Shown: positions 30,270 to 45,340 of the stretch, one piece after another
How positions within the stretch are numbered: the first letter of the stretch is position 1
Layout: each line of letters opens with the position of its first letter
NCBI GenBank assembly: GCA_039096225.1
Contig: JBBPEB010000013.1
Location: forward strand, 1,178,001 to 1,242,000
Reading direction: 5' to 3'
From: Blastocystis sp. Blastoise
Taxonomy: Eukaryota; Protista; Bigyra: Opalinata
DNA length: 64,000 nt
The notes under the pieces: model-generated
The model's input: only the letters and a program-made list of their open reading frames with translations
Databases searched by the model: none
Told to the model about the DNA's origin: nothing
Position numbers and translations under genes: made by a program

Positions 30270-33200
30270 CTACATGTAATATATAGTTTCACATCTAAAA
30301 TTGGGTTCAGATAAAGAAACTCTAAATTGATGATTCGTTGTATTTATATAATTATCTAATAAAGTTTGATATTTCGTAAAATCAGTTGGTCCTATATTAA
30401 TAATATATTTAATATATATAATTTAATAATAGCAAATATATATACTTCCAAAAAGAGGATAGAATTCTTTTAAATGAGGTAGATTTCCATTAGTTATAAT
30501 AGAAATAATTGTATCTAAGACATCTGTAGAATTACGTACATCTATATAAAATATATACAAATAAATAAAAGATAATTTTTTTATAAATACTTATAAAATA
30601 ACAATAATTCTATAAATACTAAAAATAAAGAATCTACAAGTATTTGTATATTTTTGTGTAAGTTGTTCACAAATATAATTATAATATAAATCTTCATGAA
30701 TACAGTCATATATAACACATGTATTAATACATAATATAGGTTTATGAAAACAAAAAGCTAAAGAAGGAAAAGACTCGAACATATTAGGAATTCTTTTTAC
30801 ACTATTTGTACCTAGAATAAAGAATATATATTTGTAAAACAATATACATATAGTCAATATTAATCAATATATAGTATATAGAAAAAATGTCTGTTAATAA
30901 TAATAAGTTTATATATACTATCAAAATATATAGAGAATTCATCTAAGTAAGGAAGTGAAATAGAAGTATTAGCATTTAATAAGTCAATAAATTCAAATAT
31001 CCATGAATAATCAAAGTTTTTATCTATATAAATATAATAAAATATGATAAATAAGAACAAATAAAAATAAGAATACTTTTCAATATGATTCTTAATGATT
31101 TTAAATGTAAAAGTTGATTCTGTTTAAAATAATCAACAAGAACAACAAGTATGTCTTTCAATTCTATATCATTTTCTATATATAAAATAATAATAATAAT
31201 ATATATATATAAATAATTTATACCAAAAGTATATGATAGATTTTGAACATTATTCCATAAAGGTAAATTAATAGATTCTTTTAATAAAGATAAACTATCA
31301 AAACATTTCTCCATAACTATACAATAATTATATATAAATAATAATAGATATACATGAGAAATTAATATCTTGAATATGGTTGGAAAATAATGATAAGAAA
31401 TGATATAATTGTTGATTATTTTCTTTCATTATTATTTCTTCAGGATGTATATGAATTTTATAATAATCATTCTCATCATAATCATGATCATAATCATGAC
31501 TACAATCTTCATATTTCTCATCCTCTATTATATATATATATATTATTCATTATATATTATTTTAATATATATATAAATATACTGATGGTTAATTGTTCTA
31601 CATTATTATATTGATTAGAACGGAGAATCGAAAAATATTCTTTTGTATAATAAATTGATTCATTTTTAGTATTATGTACAACTAGAATAATTAAAAGAAT
31701 ATTTTTTTTAATATAATAATATATATACATCTCAATTGAACAGAATTTACTTTATTGAAATTCATATTTTCATACATAGTTTTTAAGTCTTCAAAAGAAT
31801 TGATATTTTTATATACCAAATCAATATCTATAAATATATCAATAATAATAAAATATATATATATATATACCTATGATAATATTTTTAATTTCATTTCTAT
31901 TTAAATGAATAAGTGGAGTACCAACATTAGAAAAAGATGATTCAAGAACTTTATATATATTATTATATAGAATAAAATAAAAATATATATGAAATTAATA
32001 TTATCAATATATATCTATAAAAACAATACATTGAAAACAAATTTCATCAAATAATAATTGTCCATATTGTCCTAATTCTATGAATCGAGGTTGATCATAA
32101 ATTATTAACGATTGAACTATATATAGAAATATATATATAAAATTATTGTATAATAGATATAATACTTTCAATATAAAATGGATCATTATGTTTCGATCTA
32201 ATTATATCTTCAATTAAATTAAAATTACTTATTTTTATTGTATCAATTAATTTCATAAAAGAATCAGGAAATAAACTAGATTGTAACTCATTCTCTTCTG
32301 TTGAATATCCTTTATGAAGATTAAATAAATTATATATATGTAATTTTGGGAAATGTTCACGAGTTATTACTGATAACAATTCAATTTCATGATTATAGTC
32401 AAACAAACTCATTGCTAATCATATAATAATAATAATATCAAATATAATAATAAAATATATCTTATAAAAATAATTGATTCTATTTAATAATAATAATATA
32501 TACATCGAATTCTAATAGTGGTAACATTTGCAAAAATTCTAGTTGTAAGAATTCTTTTTAATACTTCTTTATATACATCAAATGAATGAGGTGTAATAAC
32601 TATATATATAATAATAATAATAATATCAATAACTAATTTTATATATATATACATCCTAATAAGTCTATAATTTGAATTGTATTAAAGAAACCTTCTTCTA
32701 GTATGTTTAAAAATGGAGGAATATTCAATTGTAATGGATAATCTCCTCCACAGAATGCTATTTAAGATATATAGAATTAATAGATAACTAATATAGTATA
32801 TATACATTTATCATCATAATTATAAAGTTGTTTACAAATAGGTATGTTTGCTATATAAGCAAGGATATCATCACTATTACACATATCTTTCCTATTTATA
32901 GAATAATTAATAAATAGAAAATAATATATATATATATATACACAAAAAATGGATTTGAGGTGTTCTTAACTATATAAATAAATGTCATTAATTTATATAT
33001 ATATATATATACTTCCATTACTAGTTTTAAAAACAAAATGAGTTATTATAAATTTTGTATTATTCATTTTATAATACATTTTTTGATCTACATTTTGTTT
33101 ATTCATTTCTTGTTTATTATATTCACTAGAATAATATTGAGACATTGTTATATTTAATATAGGTTTTTCTTCTTCTTTCTGTTTTCGTATTTCTTCATCA

Positions 33201-34345
33201 ATATCCATAGGTATCTTTATTTCTTTTATATTATTATTTTTATTATTCTCTTCATCTTTCTTAATATCACTAGTTTCATTAATATTATTATTCTCTTCAT
33301 CTTTCTTAGTATCACATAATTCAATATGATAAGAATTTAATGAATATCTTGGATAGTTAGTATGACGTCGTTGATACAAATAATATTCTTTTGGAGATTG
33401 TTTATGATAATAATCTAATAGATATTGCTTGTAAAATATTGAATAAACTGGATCTATTGGTTTTACTTGAATTGTACATTTCGTAGAAAAATAGTGAGCT
33501 ATATAATAAATAAATGATTTATAATATATAATAATATTATATATATTTATATACGTTGTATTGTATATTCCTCTAATTTAGGAAACAATTCATGTAAATT
33601 AGATGGATAAATGTATTCATAAGGAATATCTTCACAAAAACTATCTATATATAAGTAGAAGAAGAGATTCTATAATAATAATATTCATATACATTCTAAA
33701 ACAACATTTGTTATATTTAATAAATCAAATAGTCCAGAATAACTCAAAAACAATTGATTTCGTTCTTTAGTAATAATACCTAAAGAAATAAACTATTTTA
33801 ATTATTTATATATATATACCATTTATAAGAAGTCTACGTTTCTTTAATTCATTATATAGAAAAGGTGGCTCTCTATAAAAAATAAAGTATAAATATAATT
33901 ATTATTGAATATACATTTCAAAATTATTCTCTTTCATAATTTTATACATCGCTTCAACTAAATATTCATATATCATCATTTCACATTCATAATTATCATT
34001 GTGAAAAAAGTATTTTGAAGTTTTATATATGCTATAAACTTCATGGATAGATAGAGAATCAAGAGATAATGATTCTTCCATATAAGCTATCAACTTATCG
34101 ATGAGTAAATGTGGAGAACCCAAAAAAAAAGCATTTTTCTCCTTTATGAATTTGGCGGGATCATTATACGTAAGAGATAACAACGAATTCGGGTATTTTT
34201 CTAACAGGTACATAGGTACACTTTGAGTGAATTCATCTTTGAAGACAAATTCAATAGAATCAGAAACAGATCCATATGGATCTGTTTCATATTGGTTTTT
34301 ATATTCTTTTTGTAGACGAGTAGAATCATCAATAGTATTTGACAT
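30270..34345 (-). CDS. BTB-like + degenerate LRR-like family protein (copy B1), intron-rich
   Basis: N-terminus FVFKDEFTQSVPMYLLEKYPNSLL...FFLGSP; family motif IPYEYIYPSNLHELFPKL; repeated FPxLxxxx[LI] units (HFPKLHIYNL, FPSLAFCFH, LPHLKEFY). Confidence 0.75.
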
Positions 34346-35086
34346 CGTATTATTTTCTATTTAATAGAACTTTGTATTCTCAAAAGAAAAATATAAATAG
34401 AAAACAAAGGAGAAGAAAGAAAAGAATTGCAAGTTTTGATTTGGTTTGTTTTTTATTAATATCATGTAAAGTTTTATTTGAACAAGCTTTATATATTTAA
34501 TAGAAGAGATTTAAAAAATAGAAATGATATGAACGAGTTCATTACTCATTTATTGTTTACAAGTGTTTACATAATTCTATATTGCTATTTATGATATAGA
34601 TTTATTATTTGGGGATTTGAGAGTAAAACAGGTGAATCAACTATTCTTTTTATCATGAATTATTGCAAGTAATAAGAGTTTTTATGCATGTTTTTAAGAA
34701 ATGATAATCATTTTTATTTTTTTAAATATATAAAGATATATATGAAATTATTATAAAGTTATCTAACGTCAACACAAGATGATTAAAAGAATAATTTGAA
34801 AATTTTGATTATATGTTAAAAATATAATAAATTGCAAACCTAAACAAATTATTAATTTATTTATAACTATATGTATTGAATACACAAAAAAAGTAAACAA
34901 GTTTAACAACAGCAAATACTATAATAAAATTCTTTTTAATATTAGAAACAAATTTAGAAAATATATATATATATACTATAGATTAATAAAAAAGAACAAG
35001 ATAAACATATATGTAACATAACTGAATATATAATTTATATTTAAAAAAAAAAGTATATTAAAAAACTAATTAATTCAACAACTGTT

Positions 35087-37338
35087 TTATACACTTGTAT
35101 ATACTTCAAAATCAATTAAATCAAAGATATTTTCTTCATCAGGTTTATCAGTATTAACAAAGAAACTATTACCTAATTCAGGATAAGGAGATATATATAT
35201 TGGGTCTTCTTCATCATCTAAAAGATCATTATTACCATTAATAAATTGATCGTCATCAATATCAGTTCTTAAATATAAGCCACAATAAAATTCGAGTTCA
35301 AATAATGGATTATTACTAGCTAATGCATATACTGAGTTTTCAAGATTAATATCTAATTTCGTATAATCATGTCCATAAGGATTTGTTAATGAAAATAAAA
35401 AGGCTTTTGGATCTATTCTCCATCCCATACCTTCACTATCTTCATCTGTATCATCTATATGATTCTTACCCCAACCAACACTAGTATATCCTCCAAATAT
35501 ATATGATTTATTATCTTTTCCTTTTCCTTGTATAATTACTAATGATTCTTTCTCATCACATTTCTCATGCCATTTTCTTACACTTCTATTCTCATCAGAA
35601 CATCTATATAGAATAATATATAATTATAAACAATATTTAAATTATATATAATATTACCTATATAATAATTCCCATTCTTTATTCTTATCAAACCATCTAC
35701 TTAACTCAATACCCATTTCTTTAGTAATAAGAATTGAGTTTGGTAAATATAAATCAGAATTTGATATGATTTCATATACTTCATAATCATCAACAGTAAA
35801 ACAATTTAATTTCGTTGGTTCATCTGTATTCACAAATAATGACGTACATTGAGGAGTAAGACTTTGAGAATATTTATTAAAATGCTCATTAATACAACTA
35901 TGATAATTTTTATGACAATCATCAGAGATATGTATATCCATAAAATCAGGACCACTTGTCTTATCACAATATAATGCATAATCATGTTTTAATAGAGGAT
36001 ATTTAGTAGGAGGAATATTATGTTCATTACTTAAAGTAAATAAGAAAGATTCATCATCATACTTAAAATCTATAGAATCATTTATATTAGATAGTATTAT
36101 ATAATATATACCTTTTTCAGTTATAGATTTCCAATATTGAGTAGTATATCCTCCAAATATATTAATCTTATTATCATGACCTATGTGTTTAATAATAGTC
36201 ACAGTAGGACATTTAGTATCACAATATTTATGAAATTCACTTGCTTTAAAATCATGTTCACTTGCTCTATATATAGATAATAAATTAAATCTATAAAAAA
36301 TATATTCATATACCTAAATATTAATTTCCATTTCTTTTCTTTGCCTATCCAATTCACTAATTGGGTTTCAAAATATTTCTCTTCAATTATCGTTGAATCC
36401 GCAAATACAGTTGGTATTCCATTCAAATATGTTTTAACAGCTTCTTTTTGTTGATCACCAAATATACTATATACTTCTTCCTCCAATAAGTTAGTATCTA
36501 TATTTTTGATTTCTTCTTTTTTTATATAAAGATAACCACTTTCCATACATCCATTAATATACTTCATATACTTATAACTCATATTTATAGACATAATATC
36601 ATTCAAATAATTATAATCAACATATCCATTCTTATATTTCATTATATAATCATCCCATAAATTATTGTTTATTAAATAATTCTTAATCATATCATTTTTC
36701 TTTCCATTAATATTTAGAGAAACTTCATCACCTTTTTCATACTTTTTTTGTTTTTTATCTCTTTTTTCTCTACAATCTAATAATTCTATAGGAATTGGCA
36801 AATTACAAAATTCAAATAACTCTAGCAACTTTAATTGTTCTCGAAACTTAATTTGACTATAATCTATAACTTTATCATTCAAGTAATCTATTAAATAATA
36901 AACGGATGCATCGTTTCCTCGATAATCAAGGAAAATATTTCCATCACTTGTTCTCAATTCTTCTTCAGATTGTTCATAAATATAGGAATAAGGGATCGAA
37001 TTGATAATTGTTTTTGATAAGGAAAACAAAGGGCCGTTTCCAGAAAAACGAATAAGCTCAGTATCATTAGTATCACTCATATTCATTATTGCAGTAGCTT
37101 TTCCTGTAGCATTATCAAGAAAATGTTTCAATTTTGAGAATTTATCACTTCCTCTTTGAATGCAATCTTCATTTAGATTATTAAGAGCACCTTGAAGTTT
37201 CTGACCAGAATAAAGTGTCAAAGAAAGGATAGAAGTGAATCCTTCTACAATCTTCTTCATTAATTCATCTAAACCACTAACAGCTTCTTTAACTTGATTC
37301 AAAGAATCTAAATCAAATAAAACACCTTCTTTTATCAT
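35087..37338 (-). CDS. BTB-like x2 + tandem double TLDc protein (copy C), three introns
   Basis: Paralogous N-terminus MIKEGVLFDLD, DGNIFLDYRGND. TLDc1 WKLIFR|ASEHDFKASEFHKYCD...DDYEVY; TLDc2 WELLYR|CSDENRSVRKWHEKCD...IFGGYT...IDFEVY. Confidence 0.87.
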
Positions 37339-37628
37339 TGTAAAATGAGATTAAAATGAAGAAAAATAAAATTTTTAATGAAATTGTGTATCTAAAACTT
37401 GCAAAAATATAATCCAAGGAATAAAGCAATTTTTCAGCTATTTTTCATCATATTTTATGATTTATCAAAAATAAATAGAAAAATATATTAATCTGTTTTC
37501 TTCATAGCCTTCAGTGATTTTAATTAATTTGAGTAAGTTTTTAGCAATTAATTAACATATATTTAATATATATCTGTTTTTTATCATGATTTTTGAATTC
37601 ATTATGTCATTATAGTTCAATTACTATC

Positions 37629-39695
37629 ATGTCAAACGCTGAATCACAGTTATTGGAAGATAAATGTATTTAAATATGAATAAAAATTATTTATTTTCTT
37701 TTAGATTTATTTACATTTCAAGATGAGACGCAATTATGGATTTCTAAGGAATTTATTGAGAAATATCATCAATTTCCCTTTTATGATATCATTGAACACT
37801 CTGATAAATATGAAGATGATAGTTATTATATAGATATGTTGCCTTTTCATATAGAAAAAGTGATTGTTTTTTTGATAGACAAAAACATGGATTTTGAATC
37901 ATTAAATCTACGAGATGGTTATGATATATATAAAACACTTATTGAATATTCATTTTCACTTGATAGTGATATACAAAAAGAATTATTAAATCAAGTTAAA
38001 AAATTATTTATTAATTATTTGATAGAAAATGATTATGATCTATGTTCATATGAGAATGGATATAAGCTCTTACATGAAGTTCCTACCAGACTGTATAGTT
38101 TATATAATGTAAAAATATATATAAAAGGTAAATATATATAATTATATAGTAATAATAGAGTGTATATAGGATTGTTTACTCCTCAACGACAAGAAGAATT
38201 ATTATATTATTCGCTTCTTATTAAAATGATAGATATAGTAGTAGTGACCATTAAATGTATATATGTTTAATATATTACTAATAATCTATAAATAGATGAT
38301 TATGCTTCGAATATTCCATTAAAATATATACATCCATCAAATATTCGAAATATATTCCCTTCATTAAGAAGATTAATAATAACTGGTATATATATATATA
38401 TATGTATTTATATTACTTCATATATTATAATATATATAGTAATTACACATTATAAGAAAAGTGAAATATTATTAAATCCGAATACCGAAGAATATACCTT
38501 GGAATATCTTCGTATATATAGTGAACTTAAAAATAGCAAAAATAATTATTGTAAATATGATTATTACTCAAGATCAGATATAAAAAAATATAAGAGAATA
38601 TCTTTATATATGAACAATTTACAAAATTTCAATAATTTTAAATTTTATCATGAGAAGAGGCCAAGAAAGTTATACAAATTATATAAGAATTTCATTAATG
38701 AAGCTATATATACAAATGATTATTCACAAGTAGAAATAATTAAACCAGAAAATGAATGTACATTAGAAGATACAGTTGAAATTGAAGTTTATTGTATGTA
38801 TAATATAATTATTCCATTATTATCATTATATATAGATAACTCAAATCATAACGAATTCTCGTATATAATTATACTTCTTTATATTATGAATTATTTTAAA
38901 CATATATGAATAATAGTATTAAGGAAGTGTCTTCAAAAATAGGTATGTATCAATTATTACATCTTTTTTCTTTTTATAAAAATTCACAAATCAAGTTTTA
39001 TCCATGTATATAATTATATATAATTATATTAAATAATCTATTTTAGATAGTATGTCAAAATATAAGTCTATAATTCTTATAAAAGCAGCAGAAGAAGGTG
39101 TTTTTGACTCTTTCACTACATTAAGTTTTGGATGGAGTATTATTTAATTGTTCTTATATATATTATTATTCAATGTAGTTAAAAGAGAACCTCAATTAGA
39201 TTATAATATAATTAAAAGAATACTGACAACTCATGTATTTCCAAATGTTATTGAACTTATATTTAAATATTATGGTATCTATTTATTTAAATATATATAT
39301 ATATAGATGTATCCTTTATATCTTTAATAAAAAAAGAATGTTTTCCAAAACTACATATTGTCACCTACGATAATTCTACCGGTAATATATATATATCAAT
39401 AAATATTCTATTTTTTATACTAGATATTGAAAGCTTTAAGTTTTTATTTCCTGTTAATATAATATCAATGATTGATACTATTCATATACATGAAACTGGT
39501 TTTTATCAAAAAGAGAAATTAGCGCTTCTTTTTGATAATCTAGCTTATACTCATTCAATTCATATTGATGGAATTGATGAGTTGATTTTCTTTTTACCAC
39601 ATTTAAAAGAATTGTTTGAAAAGAATCTTATTTCCTTTGATGAGCTTAAAAGTATATAATATGTAGATATTCCTTTTTTTTAATGTGCTATGTAT

Positions 39696-39733
<38 letters not shown>

Positions 39734-41270
39734 ACTTAATCTATAAAGTTGATTCTTCTGATTCTGTGCATGCTAAAAAATTAGAGTGTTTTGAAAATTA
39801 CAAGCAAAATATTGATTGGTTATGTATTAAATTAAATTGTATTTTATGTTTAATAATAAATAAATAATGTATAATTTAATACGAATTCTTATTGATTTAT
39901 AGATTATAGAAAAGATTGTCATAATTTAAATACTCCAGAAAGAATTGATGACAAAAAATGTTTAAAAAGATTCATAAGTAGTAAAAAAATTCAATATTTG
40001 GATTATTTATTTATTAAGCGTATATTCTTTATAATATTATTATCATATTTTTTATAATATTTATAGCTGATTATACTATGAGTATAGAATACTTAAAATG
40101 GATATCAAATATCTTTGATGATAATAATATTATTACTATACATGCATTAAATATTAATTGTATATTATATTGTTAAATACATGATTTATATAGTATGTTT
40201 TAATGGAAAAAAAGTATTAATTGAATATTATAATATATTTGAAAATATATTGTCTAACTTAATACCTAAAGCTTCTGTTATTACAATGGAGGGTAATTAT
40301 TTATATACATTTATAATCATTATGATAATAATTATTTAATTACTTTTACTATACTTAATAGCTAGCTGTTTGTTTTTTGTAAGGCGATTAATTCAAAAAC
40401 GTTATTTTTATAATACTACTCAATTATATATACGTATATATATTATATATATATTTTTCATTCATATAATATATTTTATTCTATTTTAATATAAATATTA
40501 TAGATGATTTTGGTAAATGTTATGAAAACTTTTTTGATGTATATACTACCGACAATTTACCTCATTTAAAAGAAATCACTTTTAGTATTTATTAATAACA
40601 ATAAAATATTATATTATAAATCATATTTTATGTATATTTTTCTTATATTTTGATTCGATTTGAATTAAATATTATCTAAATCTATAGAACAATTAAGCCG
40701 TGACGAATCGTGGATATCCTTTATTCATAAATTTTATAAATGTATTAGTAATAAAAACTTTCCAATATCAACTACTATTTATTTCTCATGTATATCCATA
40801 ATAAAGATTCTATTAATATGAATTATAATAATATTTCTATAGCTTCCTTTTTTCCTGGTTATCATTATGATCCTAATACTTCTATTTTTCGATTTAAATA
40901 TGATAGTAATTATTTTATGGATACAATTAGATGTACAGGAAGTATATATATATATATATATATATAACGTATTATATATATATATATAGATGAAACCATG
41001 AATGAATATGAGATGGAAACGTTATTTGAGTGTATAATAGAAAATAAAACTCAAAATATAAGATATTTAGAAATACTTGTTTATTATGAAGAACAAATGT
41101 CAAAACTTATCAATTTTATTATTACTGGAAAATTCCCGAAATTGAAAAAGTTAACTTTATATACTTATCGTACTATTTCAGAAGAACAGAATAATGTATA
41201 TATACAACTATTGAATGATTCTTCATTTATTCAAGAAAATCATGTGAATTATACAATCAAAAAATATTAA
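37629..41270 (+). CDS. BTB-like + degenerate LRR-like family protein (copy B2), intron-rich
   Basis: MSNAESQLLEDK|...FTFQDETQLWISKEFIEKY...YYIDM; YASNIPLKYIHPSNIRNIFPSL; THVFPNVIELI; CFPKLHIV; GKFPKLKKLTL. Confidence 0.78.
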
Positions 41271-41754
41271 TAACTTTTGTTGTATATACTTATTTGTTAT
41301 ATCCTTAAAATTATGTTTAAATATTAATTTATTCTACTATTATTCTTTAAGTATTCATAACGTTTCTATTAATTATATATATATAAAAGTATTGTTTAAT
41401 TCAAAAAATGAAATGATAGTTATCAATTTATATATAAAAATAACTTATAATAACAAGTATATAATAATTGGATGTTTTCTTCAATTCTATGCAGTTGTTA
41501 TGACAAAGATGATTGTTTTTTATTTCTTAATTGAACATTTTTAAATAATGAGTTTTCTTGGATAAATTTAAAAGAAATAGCTTACAAAAATCTATGAATA
41601 TTCTATAAATACAATATTTAGAAACAAAACTTTTTCTAAAACAAATAAAAATATATATATAAATTACAAATATTGATAGATATATTATTTTTATATATAA
41701 ACCAATGAGAATATAAATGATTCATATAAATATATATATAACAAAGAATCATTA

Positions 41755-44700
41755 CTAATCATAATCATCAATTTGTCTATTATGATATGTTATATTTAAA
41801 TTAGGATTATATTTCTCTTTATAATTATTAATAAATGATGAATATTTTGTATAAGTATCATTATCTTATATAAATAATAATTCATTTACAATATTAAATA
41901 ATAAAAATATAAATTATAATATATATAAATATTTACCATAAAAAAGTAATGAAAGATTTCTTAAATAACAAAAATGATTATTTATAATTAAATAAATAAT
42001 ATTAGATATAACTGAAGATTCATCTATACCTATAAATAAATAATAATAAATACATTCATTATAATAATATATATATACATAAATTGAGGTCAATAATATT
42101 TTTACAATAATTTTGTTGTAATTGATTATATATATATTGATCATATAAATCATTCTCATCTTTATTCTCTTCATATTCAATTATAGAATCTTTCATACGT
42201 ATATACGTAATAGGTTTATGAAGAAAATATAAAAAAGAAGGAAAGAAATTGAATACATTGTAGGATGTTGGCTCCTCTTTATAGATTATATTAGTATTAG
42301 TAAATCATAAATAATAATAGAATAATTACTATAGTTTATGTATTTAGAATAACTAATAAAATACTATATATACTTTTTTTTATAATAATACTAAATGTAT
42401 CTAGAAAAGGAAGAGAGAAAGAAGAATTCAATGTGAATCCCTCAATAAACTCAAGAAAACTGGATAATTCAAAATGATCTATATAAATATCTATAAATAA
42501 AATAATAATAATAAATATACGTCCATAATTAAATTTTAAAGATATTAAATTTCTAAGTTTTTCATTTTTAAAGAAATGTGTTAAACTATTTAATATCTTT
42601 TTTTTACCATCACCAACTATATATATATTATAACTACTACTATTTAGCAGATATAAATGTACTTAGGTCTAATGATAAATGCTGAATATTTGACCAAAAA
42701 GGCAGACTAATATATTTTTCGGTTAAAAATATACTATTTCTAACAAAGTGACCTATATATATTCATATATAATTATACATTATATATATACCATCAATTT
42801 TGAATTCTTTAATATTATCAGAGAATAAAGAAAAAAATTGATAGATTATATCATTTAATGTATGTATATCGGATTCATAAAGTTGTTCTAATTTCTTTTC
42901 AATATTTTCATAATCATTAAATTTATTCATATCATAGATTTCCGAGTCATCTGATTCCTCTAATTCTTCTTCAATGTTCATATGAAAAACTATATTATTA
43001 TAATAATATGCATTCTATGATAATTATATAATTTATAACATAGTTATATTTTTAATTATATAAAAATATAATTTAATATATATATAAAATAAATATTAAT
43101 ACTATATTATAAAGAATACTTATAGTTAAAGAAGTAACAGTATTATAATTTCCTTTACACAGAAAAGAAAAGTATTTATTGATGAATTCAACAACATCAT
43201 ATTCTTTATTATATAGATCACACACTAAATAGTATATATATAAAGGATATTAAAATATATGATATTATATAAAAAGATACAGTCTATTGTTAATTTTTGT
43301 AATTCTTGATAATTCATATTCATATATATATTCTCAAGAGACTCTAATTCTTCGTAAGAAATAGAATTAATTCCTATTATATATATAAAGAATAATATAA
43401 ATATATATACATTGAGAGATATTAAATATTTCTAATGAAGAATATAGTGAATCTTTTAAGAATAATAGCAAAGGTGGTATTTCTAATTGTAATAAGAACT
43501 TCAATTTATAAACTATATATATATTATAATATATATATATTCATATATACAATTAATTTTTATATTTTTGAGTTGCTTACATATAGGTAAATTTAATATA
43601 TAGAATAATATATCATTAGATTCAAAATCTCTTTCACTATATATAAATTATTTATAAATATTATATATATACTATAATATTGGATGATGTCGATCAATTA
43701 CTATAAATAAATATATTATTATAAATTATATATATATATATTATACTTTCATTATCATCAACAAATATAAAATAATATAACGAATGTATTATTTCGTCAT
43801 CAATCGGTGAATCCATCTTCTTTTTCTTTATCATTTCTTCATTATATTCACGGGAATAATCAGATAACGATTCTATATATATATCTGGTTTCTCTTCTTC
43901 TTTCTCATTTCTTATTTCTTCATCAATATCTATATCAATAATTTCATCATGAATTTCTTCTTTTTCTTCTTCTTCTTCAATACTCTCATTATCCCCGTGA
44001 TTATTCATAGGATATATATGAACTTGACCTTCTTCTATCTTTTTTTTTTTTCTATTTCTGGATGTTCATCTTTATATATAATAAGTTTCAGGATAATACT
44101 TTTCATAATATTGACGTTTATATTCCTTATATAATGGTATATAATGAATATCAGTTGACTTAATTTGTATATATTTCTTTAATGGATAATAACAAGCTAG
44201 ATATATATATATAATAAATTTATAAATATAAGAGAATATACCTTCGATAACATAACGTTTTATTTTTGGAAATAATTCATGTAAATTGGAGGGATATATA
44301 TATTCATAAGGAATTCTATCATCAAAATCATCTATATATATTTATTATATATATTATAATATATATATACAATCTAAAATGACGTCTATAACATTAAAAT
44401 AATCAAATAAATAAGAATGTTGAAGAAATAACTTGTTTCTTTCCTCAGTAAATACATCTAAATAATAATTAATAAAATGTAAATAATAACTGAAATATAT
44501 AATATTAACAAACCTTTTAGAGTCACACGAATAAACTTCCTAGAATAGCATTTTATCTCACTATCTACTTCACAATTATTTTCTTCAATAAATGTCAAGA
44601 ATAATTTTACGAGGAAATCAGTAATCTTCATTTGGTAATCAATCGATTCATATCCTAAAAAATGAATTAAAGTTTCGCTCAAATCAATAAGTTCCTGAAA

Positions 44701-44997
44701 TGAGAATGAATCAAGAGGAACAGAATTACACATGACATCCACTAATTTATCAATAGATAAAAATGGAGAATCGATATAATAGGCCCCTTCATCTTCCAAA
44801 TAACTTTCAGAACTCGTATATGCTTTATATAACATAGAATTTTGATAATTCTTCAAAAACGACAATGGAATACTTATTTTCCTCTCATCTTGGAAAATAA
44901 AGTTTATATGTGATATCTCATCACTTTTAGCACTCAGTAGGCCTAGATTATCGCACTTTCGTTTCTTATGTACATATAAATGTGTTTCTTGGGACAT
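41755..44997 (-). CDS. BTB-like + degenerate LRR-like family protein (copy B3, shorter), intron-rich
   Basis: FIFQDERKISIPLSFLKNYQNSML...GAYYIDSP; IPYEYIYPSNLHELFPKI; DIDIDEEIRNEKEEEKPDIYIESLSDYSREYN, shared with B1 and B5. Confidence 0.75.
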
Positions 44998-45340
44998 TTT
45001 CAAAGTACTAATAGATATATTTATATATTTCTGATATATATATGATACATAAAACAGAATTATTACAGATATTCTAGTATTTGCTTCAAAAAGAAGAATA
45101 AGAAAAAAAATAATTTATTTTTTTACTGTTAAAGAGGAAAGATTCCGTGATTATAAGCAGAAAACTAGATTCTAGTTTAAAAAAAGTGTTCTTGTTTTAT
45201 TTTATAAGTTTAATAAGTTGCTCTTTGTTTATTTTATAAATTTATCAAGTATAATTATTGTACATGTTGAAAATTATATTTGAAAATACTTTTTTTTCAA
45301 TATTTTGTAATTCCATTGTTAACATTGTTTATTTAGAATC

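Noticed and set aside
39308-39320. GTATCCTTT and ATATCCTTT (40714) U12 donor-like motifs in B2
   Set aside because: Both fall in exons whose translation aligns with paralogue B4.
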